Of a stretch of DNA of 64,000 nucleotides, positions 59,196-64,000 are shown one piece after another. Below the pieces are notes generated by a model. The model did not search any database and had not been told where the DNA came from. It worked only from the letters and a program-made list of their open reading frames with translations. Every line of letters starts with the position of its first letter. Positions within the stretch are counted from its first letter, which is position 1. The position numbers and the translations under genes were made by a program. Source of the DNA: Candidatus Magasanikiibacteriota bacterium (GTDB taxonomy: Bacteria > Patescibacteriota > Patescibacteriia > Magasanikbacterales > GWA2-37-8); the NCBI GenBank assembly GCA_017991415.1, contig JAGOQR010000002.1, forward strand, positions 97,109 to 161,108. Direction: 5' to 3'.

Positions 59196-61185
59196 AAACG
59201 AAGTAATTTTCTTCCACTAACGGCAAGAAAACCTCTACTATTGTACCCTTACTCAACTGACTTTTTATACTAACCTGCCCACCGTGGAGCGTGATAATTT
59301 TTTTACAAATTGCCAAACCTAAACCAGTGCCACTTCCCATGAGTCTATGGCCACGATAAAATTTCTGAAATAAATTTGGAAAGTCGTCTAACGGTATACC
59401 AACGCCTGTATCAATAATTTTTAAGCTTGCCTGCTTGCCAACACTACAAAGACTAACTACAACCACTCTTTCATTCGAAATATACTTCATCGCGTTGCTT
59501 ACTAAATTACTAACAAGCTCAACTAGCTTATTTTTATCACCTTTAATAAAAATATTATCTCTAATATTAGATTTAAATACTATATTACTTTCCTGAGCTA
59601 TAACCAAGAACTCTTCGACTAGACTATTTAAAAGCTGGCTTAGATTAACTTTTTCTATATTACACTCTTCTGCAAAATCCAACCTTGCGAGCCTCAGTAG
59701 GCTGGTAATAAAACGGGATATCCTATCAATATTCTTTTCTAAAATTTGCACCTTTTCTTTTTCTTTTGAGCTCGTAATTAAAACACTGAGCTCACCTTTC
59801 AAAACAGTTAAGGGGGTTTGTAATTCATGCGCGATTTCAAACAGCTCTTGTGACTGTCTTTCTTGAAGATTTTTAATCTCAGCTATACGTTCTGCTATTT
59901 TTATTTCTAAATTTTTAGAATAGTCTTTTACCTCCTCGTAAAGCTGTGATTTTTCTAATGCCAATGTCATCTGGTGAGCAAAGGTATTTAACAAAGCAAG
60001 ATCTTCGCTGGTATAGTCATCTCCCGATAATTTACCATCTAGAAACATAGCCCCTACCAACCTTTGATCTCTTGCCAAAGGGATAACCAGAACAGACATA
60101 TAATTTTCACTTTTGTTTTTCAGCTCTTCTTTTGATTTTTCTCGATCTACTGATAACAAATTTATATAAACTTTTTTTATTTTTAAATTATGCTCTAGCA
60201 GACCAGAGGTTTTTAATATAAGATCGGATAAATTAAGGCTACTATTTAAAGCCTCGCTTAGGAGTCCAAGAACTTCAGTAGCATTATATCGATCTTTAAA
60301 AAAGACTCTATTAGTAACTCGCCGTAAAAAGGAATCTATTTTTGGCACAAAAAATATACCCATTAAACAGACCGCAACAGCACTAATCAAATAAACAGTT
60401 TGATCGGATCTAAAAAAAATTGACTGGACTAAAAACAAAAATATCAAATAAACTAAGACTATGAGGCCTGATAAAACACTAAAAATCAAACCTCTTTGAA
60501 CAACTATTTTAATATCTAAAAATCTATGCCTATAAATAACATAGATAGTTAAAAAAACAGATACCATAGTAAACTGGGCCGCCAAAGAAAAAAGCATAAA
60601 ATTGCCCAGTAAAGGTAGGATGATTGTAAAAATAATCCCTGCACTCAAATTAACCAGAAACCCAATTTTAATATATAAAATCTGTCGTTGCTTAATAAAA
60701 GATAGAGAATGGTAAATATTTCGCAAACGCGATAGCCCATAGACAATTACGCCGAGCGAGTAAGCGAGTATAAGATAATTAACTTTTCCAGGGACAGTAA
60801 TAGCTGGAGTAACCCCGGTAATGTCTATCTCTGTAATATAAATACCACTGAACGCAATCACCGAGAAAAATAGGGCGGGGAATAAAATGAAAAAAATAGT
60901 AAAATAATTTTTAAAGATACGACTAGTTAAAAACTGTTCCAAAAAAATTATATAAAATACAATAAAAATCATTGAACCAATTAGAGCCATACCACACCAC
61001 AATCGAACAGTAAACTCACTCCAAGATAAATCAGCAAAGGCATTGGCTACATTCCAAAGGCTAACACCAATTACATGAGTAGCTAAGAGTAAAGAAAGGC
61101 GGTCATGCTTTTTAAGAAAAATTAAAATTGCCATGACCAGGCATATAACGGCAAAAATTGCAGCGGAATAAGAAAATAAAAACAT
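59194..61185 (-). CDS. Sensor histidine kinase with multi-TM N-terminal sensor region
   Basis: About 8 N-terminal TM helices. HisKA H-box (ELQTPLTVLKGEL). HATPase_c motifs (NLVSNAMKY, DTGVGIP, GSGTGLGLAI). Confidence 0.8.
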   Translation of the reverse strand: MFLFSYSAAIFAVICLVMAILIFLKKHDRLSLLLATHVIGVSLWNVANAFADLSWSEFTVRLWCGMALIGSMIFIVFYIIFLEQFLTSRIFKNYFTIFFILFPALFFSVIAFSGIYITEIDITGVTPAITVPGKVNYLILAYSLGVIVYGLSRLRNIYHSLSFIKQRQILYIKIGFLVNLSAGIIFTIILPLLGNFMLFSLAAQFTMVSVFLTIYVIYRHRFLDIKIVVQRGLIFSVLSGLIVLVYLIFLFLVQSIFFRSDQTVYLISAVAVCLMGIFFVPKIDSFLRRVTNRVFFKDRYNATEVLGLLSEALNSSLNLSDLILKTSGLLEHNLKIKKVYINLLSVDREKSKEELKNKSENYMSVLVIPLARDQRLVGAMFLDGKLSGDDYTSEDLALLNTFAHQMTLALEKSQLYEEVKDYSKNLEIKIAERIAEIKNLQERQSQELFEIAHELQTPLTVLKGELSVLITSSKEKEKVQILEKNIDRISRFITSLLRLARLDFAEECNIEKVNLSQLLNSLVEEFLVIAQESNIVFKSNIRDNIFIKGDKNKLVELVSNLVSNAMKYISNERVVVVSLCSVGKQASLKIIDTGVGIPLDDFPNLFQKFYRGHRLMGSGTGLGLAICKKIITLHGGQVSIKSQLSKGTIVEVFLPLVEENYFV

Positions 61186-61200
61186 ACTAAATACAGCCCG

Positions 61201-61869
61201 CTACTCCAATTTATAACCTCGACCTGGTACTGTATAAATAAAATTCTGTTGATTATTTTTGAGTTTAAGTTTTTTTCGCAAACTTAAAACATGAGTTTCA
61301 ATTGTATTAGAAAAAGGATCAACGTCTGTTTCCCATACATGCTCCATTAACATCCCTCGAGTCACTACTGTTCCATGATGACGCATCAAATACTCTAATA
61401 ACATGAATTGTTTTCTAGTTAAGTTTATCTCAATGCCGTTATGCGTCACGAGATTTCTTCTCAAATCTAACTTAAGCGCACCTACCTGCAAAATCTCATC
61501 TTGAATTTGTTGGGGCCTACGTAGAACAGCTCTGATTCTAGATAAAAGCTCTTGAAAAGAAAAGGGCTTAGTAAGATAATCATCAGCACCCGCTTCTAAC
61601 AGCTCCACTTTTTTATTAGTCTCTGACAATACTGAAAGGACTATTATTGGCAAAACTTTCTTATGAGAACGTATGGCATGACAAACCTCGATACCAGATT
61701 TTTTTGGTAAAAAATTATCGAGGATAATAAGGTCATAATCATTTGTTAAGGCAAAAAATACACCCTTCTCTCCATCACTTGCGACATCTACAACAAAAAA
61801 CTCTGCTTCAAGGCTCGGTTTTATAATATTGATTATATCTTTTTCATCCTCAATGATTAAAATTTTCAT
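61201..61869 (-). CDS. OmpR-family response regulator (receiver plus winged-helix)
   Basis: MKILIIEDE...D (phospho-acceptor region LIILDNFLP). C-terminal trans_reg_C (LTRKQFMLLEYLMRH...VLSLRKKL). Start at internal Met MKIL at 61869. The ORF could extend to 61899. Confidence 0.8.
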   Translation of the reverse strand: MKILIIEDEKDIINIIKPSLEAEFFVVDVASDGEKGVFFALTNDYDLIILDNFLPKKSGIEVCHAIRSHKKVLPIIVLSVLSETNKKVELLEAGADDYLTKPFSFQELLSRIRAVLRRPQQIQDEILQVGALKLDLRRNLVTHNGIEINLTRKQFMLLEYLMRHHGTVVTRGMLMEHVWETDVDPFSNTIETHVLSLRKKLKLKNNQQNFIYTVPGRGYKLE

Positions 61870-62017
61870 ACTATATCTTATTTTTAAATTAAAAAACAAT
61901 CAGATCTAAAATAAAACATATGATCTTATATAAAGATAAATAAATTATAAATTTTAAATAAATTCACCTCAGCCTTAAACATAAAAGCACCCCTCCCAGG
62001 TGCTCCTATCCCCCTCC

Positions 62018-62368
62018 CTAAGTCTTCTTAAACTTCACCGTAAACAGTGGCTCATAATTGTTATTATACTCATCCACTACCTGTACCGTCTCCCCTTTCA
62101 CTAGTTTGTTTAAGGCCAAATCGCTTAACATGACAGAATCGGATTCGAGATCTATTTTGAGATCGTCGAGCTTGGTGAGTTCGCCTGCATAGGACTCTTT
62201 GGTAGTGTTTTCTATTTGCTTCTTGCGTTCTCGGAGGGTTTTTATTTTGTCGTTTATTTCTTTATACTCTTCGGAGCCATCGAGCGCTTCTTTGTAAGCG
62301 CTGCGGATATCTTTTTGTTGTTTTCGAATAGCTTGCATTCGGTTGAATATTTCTTGGATATCTTGCAT
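62018..62368 (-). CDS. hypothetical coiled-coil protein (116 aa)
   Basis: ORF with heptad-like K/E pattern. No motif. Confidence 0.35.
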   Translation of the reverse strand: MQDIQEIFNRMQAIRKQQKDIRSAYKEALDGSEEYKEINDKIKTLRERKKQIENTTKESYAGELTKLDDLKIDLESDSVMLSDLALNKLVKGETVQVVDEYNNNYEPLFTVKFKKT

Positions 62369-62505
62369 ACAATAATATAGTTAATTTAGCCTGCATATTA
62401 TATCCTGATTTATTAAAATAATAAAGACCCCTTTTCGGCAACTCTATTGTAAAGTTTTTTAACTTACGCTACAGTATCTAGAGCTAATTATTATCTTTAA
62501 TACGT

Positions 62506-63837
62506 ATGAAAAAAGTCTTAGCAGGGGTACTGGTGCTTGTAGTTGGTTTGGCTATAGGGTGGTCGCTCAAAAAACCAGCCAGCGCACCAGATAACGCGAA
62601 TGTAAAAACCAATAAAAACGCCACATTTGGCGCCCAAATATCACTTGTTTCGGGAGCAGTGGAATACAAACAAAAAGATGGTGAGTGGAAACGAGCCGAA
62701 CTTAACACGACACTAGCCGAAGGTGATTCTATAGAAGTACGCGGTACAGGTAAGGCAATTATTAGTATAGACGATGGAAGCGCTATACGCTTGGACAGCA
62801 ATTCTACGGTAACCCTCAATAAATTGTCGGGAGAGATAAATATTACCAACGAAAAAGGCCAGGTCTATACCAGAGTAGTTAAAGCAGACAGACCATTTGT
62901 GGTTATGGCCAATGCAGTTGCATACAACTCTCTTGGCACTGCTTTCAAAACTATTAACACCGAAGAGAGCCAAGGTGTAGAAGTATATGAAAGTAAAGTA
63001 AAAATTGTAGGGGTAAATGAAAAAGAAATACTCGTTGGAACTGGTGAGAAATATTACGTAGTAAATAAAGAAAATAAAAAAATAGAAAAAGTAGTTGCCA
63101 AAATTGATGCTAAAGAACTAAAGGCTGCGTTTACTGAATGGAACAAAGAAGAAGATAGCAAAAACGCTGAATTCAAAGATGAGATGGGCGTACTTATCAC
63201 TGCAGCTGAACAAAAAGAAGCTGAAGTAAAAGCAACGACCGACGACTCCTCAAGCGCACTTACCCTTACTGCAGTAAAAACTGCTGACGGTGTAAAACTT
63301 AGCTGGACAGCAAAAGATTTGGATACTAGCTACGGATTCAAAGTAGTAAAAGGCGAAGCGGCAAACCCGGTATTTCCTGGCAATGAGTACGAATATATCA
63401 CCAGTCCAAGCGCCCGATCGTATGTCTGGAATGTAGATAAAAACAAACAATACTACTTCCGTGTTTGCCAATATTCGGATAACGGATGTAAAGCATATAG
63501 TAATAATGTAAAAATTACGGCCACCGATACCGAAACCAAAGAACCAGAAACAAGTGGCAATATATCACTCTCTGCCAAAGCCGTAGGCAACCAACTAACT
63601 TGGACTACCACTGGGTATTCCGAACATGGCTATAAAGTAGTGTGGTCCAAACAACCACTTCCAACATTTCCACTACGCGAAAGTGATAGGTACGAATATG
63701 TATCAAGTCCGCAAGGACGATCTGCAACCATGAATGCTTTTGATGGATCGGGGCTATACTACGCCAGAGTATGCCAATATATTTATAGCGTAGGCTGCGG
63801 AACATATTCCAACCAAGTACAAGTAAACTTGGAATAA
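62506..63837 (+). CDS. Secreted/anchored FecR-domain-like protein with two C-terminal tandem repeat domains
   Basis: N-terminal signal anchor (VLAGVLVLVVGLAIGW). FecR-like block (GDSIEVRGTGKAIISIDDGSAIRLDSNSTVTL). Two roughly 95-aa repeats, each ending YYFRVCQY...GC..YSN.V.V. Confidence 0.6.
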   Translation: MKKVLAGVLVLVVGLAIGWSLKKPASAPDNANVKTNKNATFGAQISLVSGAVEYKQKDGEWKRAELNTTLAEGDSIEVRGTGKAIISIDDGSAIRLDSNSTVTLNKLSGEINITNEKGQVYTRVVKADRPFVVMANAVAYNSLGTAFKTINTEESQGVEVYESKVKIVGVNEKEILVGTGEKYYVVNKENKKIEKVVAKIDAKELKAAFTEWNKEEDSKNAEFKDEMGVLITAAEQKEAEVKATTDDSSSALTLTAVKTADGVKLSWTAKDLDTSYGFKVVKGEAANPVFPGNEYEYITSPSARSYVWNVDKNKQYYFRVCQYSDNGCKAYSNNVKITATDTETKEPETSGNISLSAKAVGNQLTWTTTGYSEHGYKVVWSKQPLPTFPLRESDRYEYVSSPQGRSATMNAFDGSGLYYARVCQYIYSVGCGTYSNQVQVNLE

Positions 63838-63847
63838 AAAAACAAAT

Positions 63848-63877
63848 AAAAAACGGCCAAGAAAACCTTGGTCGTTT
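63848..63877 (+). terminator. Rho-independent terminator after the FecR-like gene
   Basis: ACGGCCAAG-aaaac-CTTGGTCGT hairpin (one G-U pair) followed by TTTTTTT. Confidence 0.65.
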
Positions 63878-64000
63878 TTTTGTGTATAGAAATAAAAAAA
63901 CACCTTTTGGGTGAATTGGCGCTGTCGGGGCGCGAACACCGTAGGCTGGTGAACAGCCCCGACAGACGGGTTGCAAACTGGGTTGCGAGGCTACTCGAGC

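Noticed and set aside
63905-63990. Partial resemblance of GGTGAA...GCCCCGACAG to the cobalamin-riboswitch B12 box
   Set aside because: The core TCC...GCCACTGT elements are missing. The segment is better explained as a simple long hairpin. No upstream riboswitch elements.

Overview
The window is low-GC (roughly one-third G+C by eye), gene-dense, with short intergenic spacers and often weak Shine-Dalgarno sequences. It looks like a small-genome Gram-positive-like bacterium, plausibly Candidate Phyla Radiation/Patescibacteria; this is inference, supported by the short YidC, RNase Y, HU, SufU, a split ComEC, a T4SS-like locus and giant surface proteins. Standard genetic code is inferred from an intact RF2 gene and TAA/TAG/TGA stops.

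Gene content, left to right:
- The tail of an ABC-F ATPase gene.
- Two class-II (Ser-type) tRNAs.
- A cluster of three ATP-grasp amidoligases with a PKD-domain 7TM membrane protein (1.2-7.2 kb). One ligase is fused to a DUF1704/QEGLA HExxH domain.
- A VOC/glyoxalase-family gene.
- A sufCBDSU-sufT Fe-S cluster operon.
- comF.
- A minus-strand Gram-positive-type T4SS-like/conjugation-like locus (12.5-22.2 kb). It includes a VirB4-like ATPase (DEAW motif), a PrgI/VirB3-like protein, and a 1063-aa VirB6-like protein with a long K/E-rich coiled-coil tail.
- A roughly 0.7-kb island of about two-thirds G+C. It encodes a complete lipoprotein gene with a high-GC-genome codon style, its own GGAGG RBS and a GC hairpin terminator. 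It sits downstream of a perfect TTGACA-17-TATAAT promoter.
- A 2522-aa cysteine-rich secreted giant protein, with a small thrombospondin-type-3-repeat membrane protein upstream.
- Housekeeping genes, all on the minus strand: rsmA, an MFS transporter, a GHL-type hydrolase, tsaC, prfB, groES/groEL, an O-antigen-ligase-like gene, a nucleotidyltransferase, yidC, nusA, ComEC pieces, a methyltransferase, trxA and infB.
- A 1217-aa leuS carrying two inserted enzyme domains (HAD-like and a YdeN/RBBP9-like alpha/beta serine hydrolase).
- truB, rny and hup on the plus strand.
- A divergent two-component system (histidine kinase and OmpR-family regulator).
- A FecR-like secreted protein with two C-terminal tandem repeat domains.
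- A GC-rich, hairpin-containing tail at the window edge.

No CRISPR array, rRNA or obvious transposase was seen.
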